NCBI GenBank assembly: GCA_965219095.1
Contig: CBDCMT010000001.1
Coordinates: 64,001 to 128,000, forward strand
From: Bdellovibrionales bacterium
GTDB taxonomy: Bacteria > Bdellovibrionota > Bdellovibrionia > Bdellovibrionales > UBA1609
Length of the DNA: 64,000 nucleotides
Direction of reading: 5' to 3'
Positions 48,155 to 59,263 of this stretch are shown here, piece after piece. Each line of letters begins with the position of its first letter. Within the stretch, counting starts at the first letter, position 1. The notes beneath the pieces were generated by a model. It was not told the origin of the DNA. It made no database searches and was given only the letters and a program-made list of their open reading frames with translations. A program made the position numbers and the translations under genes.

Positions 48155-48648
48155 AAGTACTCTCCAATATGAGCAAGAACTATACGGCATAATTTTATAT
48201 GGCGAGGTGTTATTCTCTTAGGAAGAGCTTGATTATAAACATTTTCATGATTTTTATAGAATTTTGGATAGTGGTTTTTTATAGACAAAAGGAGGGCTTG
48301 AAAAACTTCTAAAATACGTTCCGAGACTTGATTTCGTTTTAATTCAAAAACTCCCCTTCTTAAGAAAAGGCTTAAATTTTTTCTTGTTAATTCATGTTTT
48401 TTAAAGTGTTTTTTTGAACAGAGCAACCCTGAAAAATAAGAAAGATCATCCCAGTGAAAAGAAGTTTCCTTTATATCTAAACTTAATCCTAGAACCTCAT
48501 TCAACTGTGTTAAAACCTTTAAGCTAGGATTAGCTTTACAAGCTTCAATATTTTGTATTGTAGCTAAAGAAAGCCCGCTAAGCTCTGAAAGCTCTCGTTG
48601 AGAAAGATTTAAAGCCTTTCTTCTTTCTAAGAAAATCTTAACTAGCAT
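48151..48648 (-). CDS. XRE-family HTH regulator / putative antitoxin
   Basis: RRKALNLSQRELSELSGLSLATIQNIEACKANPSL. Confidence 0.85.
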   Translation of the reverse strand: MLVKIFLERRKALNLSQRELSELSGLSLATIQNIEACKANPSLKVLTQLNEVLGLSLDIKETSFHWDDLSYFSGLLCSKKHFKKHELTRKNLSLFLRRGVFELKRNQVSERILEVFQALLLSIKNHYPKFYKNHENVYNQALPKRITPRHIKLCRIVLAHIGEYL

Positions 48649-48651
48649 AAG

Positions 48652-48683
48652 ATTATTATAATAGGCTTATTATAATAAGTCAA
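48652..48683 (-). promoter_or_regulatory. Promoter with overlapping palindromic operator; leaderless
   Basis: TTGACT-17-TATAAT-6 nt-ATG; palindrome TTATTATAATAAGCCTATTATAATAA spans the spacer and -10. Confidence 0.7.
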
Positions 48684-48877
48684 ATATAACTTAGACTAAT
48701 TATAACTATTTGTTTTTACTTATAAAATTGCTTTTAAAAATGACCTTATTTGATCGTTCTATGTGTTATGTCGAAGTCAGAAAAAGGGGAAACTATACTT
48801 TTGAGGCCTTAAAAAACTGTCCACTTTTTGGGGGAAGATCAAAGCTTTAAAGTTAGGACGGCTCTTTATACTAAGGC

Positions 48878-49666
48878 TTACTTAAAATTTGAGGAAACAT
48901 TTAGTTTCCAGTCGTAGAAAATAAACTTTATTTTAGATGATAGAATTTTATGTTTTCCAACATAGGTCTTAAGCCATGCTTTTAGAGATGGAGCTTCATC
49001 TAGAAAATCACTTTCATACCACCTGAAAAGATAAGAGATATAAAGTGTATCATTTTTGATATGAAAATGCCTTTTTGTATTCAGAGATTTTTGAGTGTTG
49101 TCATGTAATTGCTGATCCATGATCTTAGCTTGATAAATATCTTTTCTGAGAGGAGGACAACCTACAGATGCACAATTTAAAGCAAAATGAATACGTGCAT
49201 CTTTCCATTTCTTCTTTTTATAATCCTTTCCAAGAAGAATGGATTTTTCAATATAATCTAACGAATAAAATTCTCCTCCTACTTTGAAATTTTTATGCTT
49301 AAAAGCTCTGTTAAAAAGAGCCAAATCTTTGACAGAAGAAATGTATAGCTTATTTTTTGAAAACCCGTCTTTTAGAATTTTAGAAATCATAAAGAAATTA
49401 TAAGTATTGATCCAAAAAGAAAGAGCTTCCTCTTTTGTTTTCAAAAAAGATATTTTAAATTCATCCAAAATTTCAAGCTGTTTTTTAACAAGAGGCTTTG
49501 ATACGTTGAAGGCTCCTTGATAATCAAAAGCTGTTTCATACTTTTCCTTAGATGACATGTCATGGAGATGGAAAGCCAGTAGTTGAGAATAAGGTTTAAA
49601 ATTTGCTGTCTTTCCATGAACGATTCCATATAGATTTAGAATAAATATTAAAAAAATCTTTTTCAT
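48878..49666 (-). CDS. DUF547 domain protein
   Basis: LSFWINTYN, SLDYIE and DARIHFALNCASVGCPPL motifs. Confidence 0.9.
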   Translation of the reverse strand: MKKIFLIFILNLYGIVHGKTANFKPYSQLLAFHLHDMSSKEKYETAFDYQGAFNVSKPLVKKQLEILDEFKISFLKTKEEALSFWINTYNFFMISKILKDGFSKNKLYISSVKDLALFNRAFKHKNFKVGGEFYSLDYIEKSILLGKDYKKKKWKDARIHFALNCASVGCPPLRKDIYQAKIMDQQLHDNTQKSLNTKRHFHIKNDTLYISYLFRWYESDFLDEAPSLKAWLKTYVGKHKILSSKIKFIFYDWKLNVSSNFK

Positions 49667-49849
49667 AACTTAAGGGTATCATTGGATTTATAAAAAAGCT
49701 AAAAACTTCAGATGAAGCCTCGCATAAATTAACATTTTGATATGGACTTTCAAAAAAAAGAATTTTTTTAAACAAACTAACCTATTTTAAGAGTCTAGGC
49801 TTAAGCATAGGCACCTTGACGTTTCCCTTTTTTTACCTATACTTTAGTT

Positions 49850-50566
49850 GTGAAGTATTTAATAATTTTATCTTTTATATTTCCCATACACTCTTACGCA
49901 AAAAGAGAAGGAAATCTTAATGATAAGAAAAGGCCTATTAGTGCTGTTATTGGTTTGGAATTTATCTCACAGAAAATAAGACGAGGACGCATCTTAGAAG
50001 ACAGCAACTCCTCTCCTTTTATTTTTCCCTATGCTGTAAAGTTTAACTTTATTTCACCCCATTTAGAAATGATAGGAAAGAGCTTAAATTATAAAAAAAA
50101 CCTTACTGACAAACTTCTGTTTCGTACACATTTTCAATCTTTAAAATATAATAACAAGCATACTTATGAGTGGAATCATTATCTTGAGTATAAGCTTTCA
50201 GGAGGAGGAGAGGTTACGTTTCAACACTCACAAGATTTTAAATCTCACCAAGGCCAATATCTAGATTTTAAGATTAGAAAGGAGGTTTTCTCGTTTTATG
50301 TAAGACAACACAACTTAAAGTTGTCTTTTTTTACTTCTATAGGAGGAGGAGATACCTCTCATAATAAATTTCTTTATGGAGAAAAAAAAGGAGGTTTTTT
50401 CACAAACTACTCTTATGGACTATCTCTAATTACTCCTAAAATTGATCATTTTTATCCTGTATTTGAACTTAAAAGATATGGAACTTATGGAGACAAACAA
50501 ACCCAGCTAAAACACAAAACCTCAGGCTGGAGATTCATTGCTCTTATGGCTTTTCAGGTGTTTTAG
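49850..50566 (+). CDS. MipA/OmpV-like outer-membrane beta-barrel protein
   Basis: Signal peptide, amphipathic strands, GGGDTSHNKFLYG, terminal Phe. Confidence 0.55.
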   Translation: MKYLIILSFIFPIHSYAKREGNLNDKKRPISAVIGLEFISQKIRRGRILEDSNSSPFIFPYAVKFNFISPHLEMIGKSLNYKKNLTDKLLFRTHFQSLKYNNKHTYEWNHYLEYKLSGGGEVTFQHSQDFKSHQGQYLDFKIRKEVFSFYVRQHNLKLSFFTSIGGGDTSHNKFLYGEKKGGFFTNYSYGLSLITPKIDHFYPVFELKRYGTYGDKQTQLKHKTSGWRFIALMAFQVF

Positions 50567-51160
50567 CTGTAACTCGGTTATCTGACCGCCCTATCTGAGC
50601 TTAAATTTCTCTTATAAGTTTTTCTTAAGAGGAGGGATTTTATGGAAGAAGGGATTAATTTAAAAAAGAAGATACAGCTTTGTCAAGAGAAGAATTCCAA
50701 CAAGAAGCTTATCCGCTACCTAGAAGCTCTTAAAGAGAGAGGTTCTAGATTTTTTGGGGGAAGATCATTGTTGTTCTAGGAACATAGGATTTTTTCTGAC
50801 GGGCACTGAGATTCTTTAGTTTCATAATTCGAGCTACTTTGTTTTCTCCAGCACTCACTCCGTAACGCTTTAATTCCCTATACACCCTGGGGGAACCATA
50901 ACAGCCTTTATTTTTTTTAAAATGTGTAAAGGAAGAGTCATTAAAAATGGAAAGGAAATGCAGGAAGTTTTCTCTTAGATGATTAGAATATTCGTGACCG
51001 TATGCAAAAAAAATTTTTTATATTTTTTGTAAATGGAGAAGTGTTTTTTCTTGACATACTTTTTGATAGACGTCTATTACACATAAGCTCACAGACGAAA
51101 GAACTTTCTGATTTGGGGGATTTCTAGCTACTTTTCACCCACAGATTCCCGGGAGGAGCC
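50548..51160. mobile_element. Cluster of IS scraps (IS66-type left end, IS3 fragment, IS481 and ISL3 ends)
   Basis: GTAACTCGGTT left end (also at 51702); IS3 YGSPRVYREL on the minus strand at ~50800-50910; inverted copy of the ISL3 end at ~51112-51160. Confidence 0.6.
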
Positions 51161-51176
51161 TTAAAAATTAGTCTTG

Positions 51177-51482
51177 TCACCAACTAGCTTTTGTTACACC
51201 TGAGATATGGCCTTTTAAAGCAAGTTCTCTTAAGGCAATACGGCTTAAGCTAAATTTTCTTAAATAGCCACGAGGGCGACCTGTGAGATAACAACGGTTA
51301 ACCACACGACAAGGAGAGGTATTGCGAGGAAGTTTTTGAAGTTGTAGCCCTGCTTCAAACCTTTCATCTTCTGGAAGATTTAAATTTATTATTTTATCTT
51401 TCAAACTCTTCCTGTGAGCATAATAACGTTTTGAAAGAGCCTTTCTTTGTTGATTTTTAACAATAGAACTTTTCTTTGCCAT
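51177..51482 (-). CDS. rpsN: 30S ribosomal protein S14, long Zn-independent (C-) type, stand-alone
   Basis: [10 protein letters not shown]...[11 protein letters not shown]...SRIALRELA...GVTKASW, 101 aa, no CxxC pairs. Confidence 0.95.
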   Translation of the reverse strand: MAKKSSIVKNQQRKALSKRYYAHRKSLKDKIINLNLPEDERFEAGLQLQKLPRNTSPCRVVNRCYLTGRPRGYLRKFSLSRIALRELALKGHISGVTKASW

Positions 51483-52067
51483 TGAACTTAAAATAAACCT
51501 CTTTTGAGAAAAATGCAAGAATATTTTGACGCTTAGTGAAAAAATGGCGATGTCCCATCATCATTGACAATTTCTGACACATCCTATGTCAGACATCGCC
51601 CCCCACTTAAATACACTTTTTATGTTAAAATCCTCACTATAAAAAGTCTAGAGCAAATATCGAAAACTAACAGAAAGACTAGGGCATATCGTCAATTAAC
51701 CGTAAGTTGGTTGTCTGACCGCCCTATCTGAGCTTAAATTTCTCTTATAAGTTTTTCTTAAAGGGAGGATTTTATGGAAGAAGGGATTAATTTAAAAGAA
51801 AAGATACAGCTTTGTCGAGAGGAGAGCTGTATAACTTTTCAGACGAAACTTCCTCTTTGTTTTTTTTAAGACGAGGACGTTAAACTCTTATCCTCTGTCC
51901 TTAAAGAATAACAGATCCTTTTTTACTTCTTCCTCTTATGACAGAGACCTTTTGACTTTTTGTAGGAAAAGGACTTTCCGCAGAGTCTTTTTATTTGTAA
52001 TAGACGTTATATGATCTGACAGTTACCCTTTCTGGGTTGATAAAAAACTGTCCACTTTTTTGGGGGA

Positions 52068-52743
52068 AGATCATCTTTTTTCCTTCACTTGTAATTCCAA
52101 GAACGCAAATCACTGTTCTTTTTGAAAATTCAATGCCGTCAATCATTAAAGCCACGAAACTTTCTTGTGAAAGATTCCGAGACTGAATGGCTTCCAAAGA
52201 CTTTTGACAACTCATCTTGAAAGCTTTACTGACAGAGGATTTTTTTAAACCTAAGCCGTCTTCCAACTTCCTTTGTAAAGGCTCATAGTTTCTGGTGCTG
52301 ACTCCTAAAAGCATAGCCCTCATTACATCTTCACAGAGAAGATCAAAGCTCTGGAGAACTGTATAACTCTCCAGAGGAACTTCCTCTTTGTTTTTTCTAA
52401 GACGAGGACGTTGAACTCTTATCCTCTGTCCTTGAAGAATAACAGATCCTTTCCCACTTCCTCCTCTGTGACAGAGACCCTCTGACTTTTTGTGGGAAAA
52501 GGGCTTTCCGCAGAGTCTTTTTACTTCCTCTTGGAAAAGATCATGGACTAATTTCAGTGCTGCTCCTTCAAGCTGCATAGCAATAAGCTGGTGAATCTTC
52601 TCATGTTTATTTTTTACCATTTGTAACTGGAATTGATATTGTGTATCTTTCATTTGGGGCTCCTTTTTGGTTTGTTTATAATACCCTGAGTTTAGCTCAG
52701 GGGAGCCCCTTCTTCAAACCCTAACGACTTTACAGACAATCTC
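52068..52743 (-). mobile_element. IS256-family element, 5' half
   Basis: Near-identical to ~14935-15608; cut by IS3/IS481 end sequences at ~51996-52071. Confidence 0.9.
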
Positions 52744-52872
52744 TTAATTCATATCTTCTTAGCTATCCTTCACTCCCCTTTCTTAGGCTAAGGTTACTAT
52801 ATTAAATCAATTGACGACATCCCCTAGATTTAAAGACAGGCATCTAATCACAGTCAAATGAAACAATTCTTT

Positions 52873-53421
52873 TTACACCCTGTGAACTATTTTTGTAAAT
52901 TTCTGAAAAAGTTGCAGTTGTTCTTTTAAAGCTAATTCTGTGGTAGAATCTTTAATTTTATCATATGAGAAGCGTTTCTTAATGTGATTTAAATAAATTT
53001 TCATAGGATGAACATAAGCTCCTAAGTAACTTAAGATCTGAGTAATTTGCTCTAAAGGAATAAGACCTCCTCGCAGACCTTCCGAAAGGCCTATTAAACA
53101 TACTGGTTTTTCCTGAAAAAGACCTTTTACAGGCAAATGATCAATAAAATACTTTAAAGCTCCAGGAACACCTCCATTGTATTCAGGGATGATAAAAATC
53201 AGACCTTCAGAAGTTTTAATTTTTTGAGCTAAATTTAAAATGCTTTCAGGAGGAGTTTGATACTGCTCACCTAAAAGTTCAGCCCAGTTAACTTGTTTGT
53301 AAAGATCAATAAGACTTACGTCTTCAGAGTCTGGAGAGTTTTTATACAAGTCTTTGATTACATAGCAAAGCTTTAAAGTATTTGAATCTTTTCTATTAGT
53401 ACCGCTAACAATACATTTCAT
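52873..53421 (-). CDS. NADPH-dependent FMN reductase
   Basis: SGTNRKDS and PEYNGGVPGALKYFID motifs. Confidence 0.9.
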   Translation of the reverse strand: MKCIVSGTNRKDSNTLKLCYVIKDLYKNSPDSEDVSLIDLYKQVNWAELLGEQYQTPPESILNLAQKIKTSEGLIFIIPEYNGGVPGALKYFIDHLPVKGLFQEKPVCLIGLSEGLRGGLIPLEQITQILSYLGAYVHPMKIYLNHIKKRFSYDKIKDSTTELALKEQLQLFQKFTKIVHRV

Positions 53422-54173
53422 TAACCAAATTTACCTTCTATATAAGCTTTTGTTTTCTCCTGTGTAGGATTTTGAAATATTTTTTTTGTATCATCAAATT
53501 CAACAACCTTTCCTTTATGTAAAAAAACTGTTTTATCAGAAACTCTTAAAGCTTGTTGCATGTTATGAGTGACAATAAGAATGGTGTAGGACAATTTCAA
53601 CTGCCTCATGAGATCCTCAATACGTTGAGTGGACTTAGGGTCTAAAGATGAACAAGGTTCATCCATTAAAATAACATCTGGTTTCATAGCTACAGCTCTT
53701 GCAATACAAAGTCTTTGCTGCTGTCCTCCCGAGAGTTCAAGAGCTGAATTGTAAAGTCTATCCTGAACTTCTTCAAAAAGACCAGCTTGTTTAAGACAGG
53801 AGTGTAAAAGTTCTTTTTCATCAAACTGGTAGTGGTTAATTTTAGGGCCCCATAAAATGTTCTTAGCAATGGATTGAGGAAAGGGGTTAGGTTTTTGAAA
53901 TACCATTCCTATGTGTTTACGAATTTCAACAGGATCAATTTTTTTATCATAAATATCTCGGTTACGATAAAATACACTCCCTTGTATTCTAAAGCTCGGA
54001 ATAAAATCATTCATTCTATTGAGAGTTCTTAACAAAGTGCTTTTCCCGCAACCAGAAGGCCCGATAATAGCAATCACTTTATTTTTCTCAACTTTAATAT
54101 TGATGTTTTTTAAAACCTGTGTCTCGCCATAAAAAGCATTTAAATCACAAATTTCTAAAATAGTCTTTTTCAT
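53421..54173 (-). CDS. pstB: Phosphate ABC transporter ATP-binding protein
   Basis: GPSGCGKST, VFQKPNPF, LSGGQQQRLCIAR, YIEGKFG. Confidence 0.96.
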   Translation of the reverse strand: MKKTILEICDLNAFYGETQVLKNINIKVEKNKVIAIIGPSGCGKSTLLRTLNRMNDFIPSFRIQGSVFYRNRDIYDKKIDPVEIRKHIGMVFQKPNPFPQSIAKNILWGPKINHYQFDEKELLHSCLKQAGLFEEVQDRLYNSALELSGGQQQRLCIARAVAMKPDVILMDEPCSSLDPKSTQRIEDLMRQLKLSYTILIVTHNMQQALRVSDKTVFLHKGKVVEFDDTKKIFQNPTQEKTKAYIEGKFG

Positions 54174-55012
54174 CTCTTATACCTTTGATACCGTTCTCTT
54201 ATAAACAGAGCCATAAAATTCATTAAAAACACTACACACAGCAAAACCAGAATACCTGAAGAAGCTAGTTTGTGAAAGTCAGCTTGCGGTCTTCCTGCCC
54301 AATTGTAAATTTGAAGGGGAAGGGCACTAAAAGGATCTCTCAGACTTTCTGGCAAAAAGGCAGAATAGGTCAAACCTCCTATTACAACAAGAGGGGCTGT
54401 TTCTCCTACTGCTCTTGAAAGAGCTAAAATAAGACCTGTTGCAATTTGTGGTAAAGCAGCTGGAACAATTTGTCCAAAAATCACCTGATAGGATCGTGCA
54501 CCTAGAGAGTAGGCTGCAAAACGTAAGTCTTTAGGAATGGATTTCAAAGCCTCTTGAGTTGTGATCACAATTACAGGTAAAATAAGAAGCCCTAAGGTCA
54601 AGCCTCCTGCTAAAAGACTGTTATTTAACCTAAGGAAGTCAGAAAAGATAGCCAAACCCACAAGGCCATAAATCACAGAAGGCATACCTGCTAAAGAGGA
54701 AATGTTAACACCAAACCAAAAACCTTTCTTTGTCTTCTTTGTAAGGTACTCTTGGATAAAAATCCCTGTGATAAGACCTAAAGGAACACTAAAACAAATC
54801 ACAATCAATATGAGGTAACAAGTTCCTACAAGAGACGACAAAACCCCCGATTGCTCAGGAAAACGAGAAGGAAAACTTGTTATAAATTTAAAACTTAAAA
54901 AATCTAAACCATGATATAAAATATAAAGACATAAAAACAAAATAAAAGCTAAACAACTCCAGGTTAAAAATTTACAAACTATTAGAAAAAGAAAATCTTT
55001 TAACTTCCTCAA
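54170..55012 (-). CDS. pstA: Phosphate ABC transporter permease
   Basis: LAGMPSVIYGL and SRAVGETAP motifs; operon context. Confidence 0.93.
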   Translation of the reverse strand: MRKLKDFLFLIVCKFLTWSCLAFILFLCLYILYHGLDFLSFKFITSFPSRFPEQSGVLSSLVGTCYLILIVICFSVPLGLITGIFIQEYLTKKTKKGFWFGVNISSLAGMPSVIYGLVGLAIFSDFLRLNNSLLAGGLTLGLLILPVIVITTQEALKSIPKDLRFAAYSLGARSYQVIFGQIVPAALPQIATGLILALSRAVGETAPLVVIGGLTYSAFLPESLRDPFSALPLQIYNWAGRPQADFHKLASSGILVLLCVVFLMNFMALFIRERYQRYKR

Positions 55013-55903
55013 AAACTATAATCCTTTTTTCGCATGTATCTTTGTCCCCAAATGTTCATAAAAAATGTTATTAGAAAAAGAACAAATCCTACAGCAAAAC
55101 AAGAAAGGTATTCAACACCTCCTGCTGGAGCATCTCCCATAATCACTTGAACAATATAAGCTGTCATTGTTTGAATAGGCTCTAAGAAATCAAAAGTTAG
55201 TTGAGGGTGAACTCCTGCCGCAAGAGTCACAGCCATGGTCTCTCCTATAGCTCTTGAGACGGCCAAAATAAGACTAGCAATCAAACGAGAAAGACAAGCC
55301 GGTAGCATGACATCAAAAGCCACCTCCACAGGCCTTGCTCCTAAAGCATAAGCTCCTTCTTTTAAATGAGAGGGAAGGTGAGAGAAAGCATCATCACAAA
55401 GAGAAGCCACCATAGGCAAAATAAGAATACCCACTACGATAGCCCCGCTTAAAGCACTAAAAATACCTACTTCAGGAAACAGTTGTTTTAAAGCTGGTGT
55501 AATAAAAGTAAGAGCAAAAAACCCGTACACAATAGTGGGAATGCCTGCTAAAACCTCCAAAATAGGTTTTATATAGCGCTTTTTTTTTTTAGAAACGAGT
55601 TCACTTAAATAAAATGCAATCAAAATACCACAGGGAAAAGCAATTAACAGACTTCCTAAAACAATCATAGCTGTTCCATTAATAAGGGGCCACACACCAA
55701 AATGGCGGGGTGTTAGTAAGGGAGTCCATTGGGTTGTAAGAAAAAACTCAGAAAAAGAAATGGTTTGAAAAAATAAAAAAGCCTCTTTTCCTAGAAGAAT
55801 AACTACAAGGACTGTAAACAATACAGTCAGTAAAGTGATGGCGAAAAATAAGCTCTTAAGTGCTTTATCAAAAAATTTGGAAAAAAAAATTTTTTTCTTG
55901 CAT
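55009..55903 (-). CDS. pstC: Phosphate ABC transporter permease; +1 frameshift in a 5' homopolymer
   Basis: EVLAGIPTIVYG and SRAIGETMAV motifs. The ATG at 55903 is out of frame by one base in the A7/T9 run; removing one base gives MQEKIFFSKFFDKALK... Confidence 0.88.
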
Positions 55904-55906
55904 CCA

Positions 55907-56857
55907 CTAATAATGAGAAGAAATCTTTCTTATGTTTTCATTATATTGTTTATCATTAAGAGGCACATAACCTACTTGTGGAATCACTTGAACTGCCTTT
56001 GACATATAGAAAACAAGGAACTCTTTAAAATGCTTTTGTTTAAGAGCATCTTTTCTTACATAAATGTAAAGCGGTCTAGATAAGGGAGTGTAAGTTCCTT
56101 TCTTTATGGTTTCAAACCCGGGCTTTACACTAGAATTTTTATGCCAAATGGGTACAGCTTTGATTTTTGTTTTATTATAATAATAATAAGAAAAGCCTAG
56201 AAAAGCTAAGGCCTGTTTTTTGCCAGAAACACCTAGGACTAAGATATTATCGTCTTCGCTTTGTGTGTAATCAGAACGTATGCTTCCTGATTTTTTATTG
56301 ATCACCTCTGTAAAATAATCAAAAGTTCCTGAATCTGATCCCGGACCATAAAGATCAATTTTTTCCTTAGGCCAAGAGGATCTTATATCTGACCATTTTT
56401 TCACTTGACTATCTTTTTTCCAAATTTTATGAAGTTCATCTACAGAAAGAAAATCCACCCAAGTATTATCTTTATTCACTATAATAGATAAACCGTCATA
56501 GGCTACAGGAAATTCTAAAAATTCTACGTTTTTTTCCATTAGAAGTTTAACTTCTTTTTCTTTGATCTTACGAGATGCATTGTTAATTAAAGTCTTTCCT
56601 GAGATAAATTTTCTAAAACCACCTCCCGTACCTGAAACCCCTATTCCAATCCTTAATTGAGGAAAAGCTTTCTGTGCTTCTTCCACAATAGATTCCGTAA
56701 TGGGAAAAACTGTACTTGAACCATCTATGGCAATGAAAGAAGACTGTTTATTAGAGGAAGTACAAGAAGTTATAGAAAGGATTACAAAAAGATAAAGCAA
56801 AGAGTAAAAGAGCTTTTTTAAACCTAAAACAGCTTTTTTTATCACTTGAGTTTTCAC
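55907..56857 (-). CDS. pstS: Phosphate-binding lipoprotein
   Basis: [22 protein letters not shown] and PLSRPLYIY motifs. Confidence 0.94.
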   Translation of the reverse strand: MKTQVIKKAVLGLKKLFYSLLYLFVILSITSCTSSNKQSSFIAIDGSSTVFPITESIVEEAQKAFPQLRIGIGVSGTGGGFRKFISGKTLINNASRKIKEKEVKLLMEKNVEFLEFPVAYDGLSIIVNKDNTWVDFLSVDELHKIWKKDSQVKKWSDIRSSWPKEKIDLYGPGSDSGTFDYFTEVINKKSGSIRSDYTQSEDDNILVLGVSGKKQALAFLGFSYYYYNKTKIKAVPIWHKNSSVKPGFETIKKGTYTPLSRPLYIYVRKDALKQKHFKEFLVFYMSKAVQVIPQVGYVPLNDKQYNENIRKISSHY

Positions 56858-57133
56858 GGCCTCAAACTAAAAAAAGTAGTTTTGAAAAGCAAGAAAAAAC
56901 TCACAATTTCAACTATGCGTCATCCTCTTGTTCTCCCCTTTTTCTTCTTCACACTTCTTTCAACATGTATGTTTTTTTTGAGTTTGCGACTTGTCACATG
57001 AAGGAGAAAGCCGAGGATGTCCCATTTCTCGGTGGAATTCTGCTCAAAAATGGAGCAGATAAGAGGACTCCCTGGTGGATTTTTAAGTCCACCTAAGGTT
57101 TAACAAAGGTTTAGAATGAATTAAAAATTGTAA

Positions 57134-58540
57134 TACCATTTCCAAAAATTAATTCGACATTCTTTTAACGCATAGCGTCCTGGCTTTTTGATCAAACTCT
57201 GTTAAATTTTTAGAGTGTCGAAAAAAGATTTAGTTACACAAATTCAAGGGTATGATTTTCTAGCTACTTACAAAGTAGAAAGAAGTGCCAACATCAAGAT
57301 AAAACTCCAAGCTTTGCAGCATATGCAAGAAGGAAAATCGATTCAAGAAACAGCAAGTATAGTTTTCTATCACCGTCACAGTATCAAATCCTGGTTACAG
57401 TCTTTTGTAGACTTTGATTACGAGGGGTTGATAGATCGAGAAGGCAGAGGGCGCAAGCCTCGTTTACCAGTGACAGAAGAAGAGAACTTCAAAATCAAGT
57501 TAGATGAAATTCAAGACAAGAGAGAAGGAGGAAGCATAGGAGCAAAGGGAATACAGGAACTTTTAGCAAATGAATTTGACTGTTGCTATTCTCTTTCTGG
57601 GGTTTATGTTTCTTTAGACCGCCTTAATATTGTATGGATCAGTGGTCGTTCTCTTCATCCTAAAAGTTCATTAAGAAGCTATGGAACAGTTTAAGGAACA
57701 TTTTCCAGAAGAGGTGAAGAAAATAAAGGAAAAGATTCAGACTCATAAAATAGAGATTTGGTGGCAGGATGAATGCAGAATAAGCTCAGCAAGGTTCTTT
57801 AAGCAGGATTTGGGCAAGAAAAGGCACACGACCTAGAGTTGTGAGACAAAGACAATTTTTATCCACTTATATTTTTGGAGCAGTTTGTCCGGATAAAGAT
57901 AAAGGCTGTGCTTGGGTTTTACCGGAATGTAATTCAGGGATGATGCAAATTCACTTAGATGAGATATCTAAAAATATTCAAGAAAACTATCATGGAATTG
58001 TTTTAATGGACAGAGCCAGTTGGCATACCACAGAGACTTTGATAGTTCCTAAGAATTTATCCCTGATGCCTTTACCTCCTTATAGTCCAGAATTAAATCC
58101 CATGGAACAAGTCTGGCAACAATTACGAAGGATCAAATTATCGAATGCATGTTTTAAAAACTATGACCATATACTGAATACTTGTTGTGAGGCCTGGAAT
58201 ACTTTTTGCGATCAGGAGGGCAGGATTAAAAAATTATGCACTCGATCTTGGGCAAAACAACAAGATGAATCAAGCTTGTAAATTAATTTGAACCTATAAA
58301 TTAAATTGCGTAACTGATTTTTTTCATTTTACATCTTAACCTCACTTTTTTACACTTATTTTAACCCATCAATCGATTCACACAACAATAGATATACATA
58401 AAATAAACATATCTTATGAAAACTCAACCTCCCTTCAAAAAAAACTTTTTTAAAGCCTCCTAATTGAAACTTTTCCTTAAGTCAATTTTAAAATTTTAAA
58501 TTTGAACATAAAAATGTCGAATTAATTTTTGGAAATGGTA
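57134..58540 (+). mobile_element. IS630-family element, doubly frameshifted
   Basis: TIRs TACCATTTCCAAAAATTAATTCGACAT; WWQDE, MDRASWH and LPPYSPELNPME motifs. Confidence 0.92.
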
Positions 58541-58684
58541 AGAAGAATAGACGTTTCAAGCCTCTTAGGAATTACAGAGTTACATTTTACAGGTTCAATT
58601 ACTTTTAGGAAAGATGGAAGTCCTATAGAAAGTAAAGACGTGACTCCTGATGTGATTTATTCTTTGACTCCAAATGACTACTAA
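58541..58684 (+). pseudogene. C-terminal remnant of an S41 (CPAF-like) peptidase
   Basis: Manual translation RRIDVSSLLGITELHFTGSITFRKDGSPIESKDVTPDVIYSLTPNDY*, starting right at the IS630 end. Confidence 0.5.
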
Positions 58685-58691
58685 AATAACT

Positions 58692-59180
58692 TCATTCCGA
58701 ATCACACCAGTCAAGCTTATTTTGACATACAATGATAGTTTCTTTTTTAGATTCTCCTAAGGAGATGGTAAATCTGTATTTTTTGGTATTTTTGGTATCA
58801 AGATCGATTTTTCTAAAGCATCGTAAAAACTGAAGATGAAACCTCCCCTTTTTACATTTATGATCGTAATTAGAATAGATATAATCAATAGGATTTTCAG
58901 CACATGACTTATAAAAATCTTTTTCGAATGCATGGCTTTTCCACTGATCTTTTTCTTCTTTCTTACTTTCCACTTTGTAATGGAAAGTAAGGTCTGCATT
59001 TCCTTGATCGTTGCATCGGCCTCTTATATCAAAATTGGCGAATGATTTACCTTCAGTGGAATTAAAGTTACGGAAATAAATAGCTGGGTTTTGGGTCAAA
59101 ATGGTTACATCAGCAGATTCGCTTTGAGATAAGAGAGGATAAAAAAACGATAAAGAAAAAATGAAAATAAAAGACTTCAT
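58692..59180 (-). CDS. Secreted Cys-containing hypothetical protein
   Basis: 162 aa, signal peptide, 6 Cys. Confidence 0.65.
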   Translation of the reverse strand: MKSFIFIFSLSFFYPLLSQSESADVTILTQNPAIYFRNFNSTEGKSFANFDIRGRCNDQGNADLTFHYKVESKKEEKDQWKSHAFEKDFYKSCAENPIDYIYSNYDHKCKKGRFHLQFLRCFRKIDLDTKNTKKYRFTISLGESKKETIIVCQNKLDWCDSE

Positions 59181-59263
59181 ATTAAGAATATCGTCTTATT
59201 CTTCAAAAAACTTTAGATTTTTTAAGTGTATCTTTTTAAGACATTTCATTATATAAAAGACTT

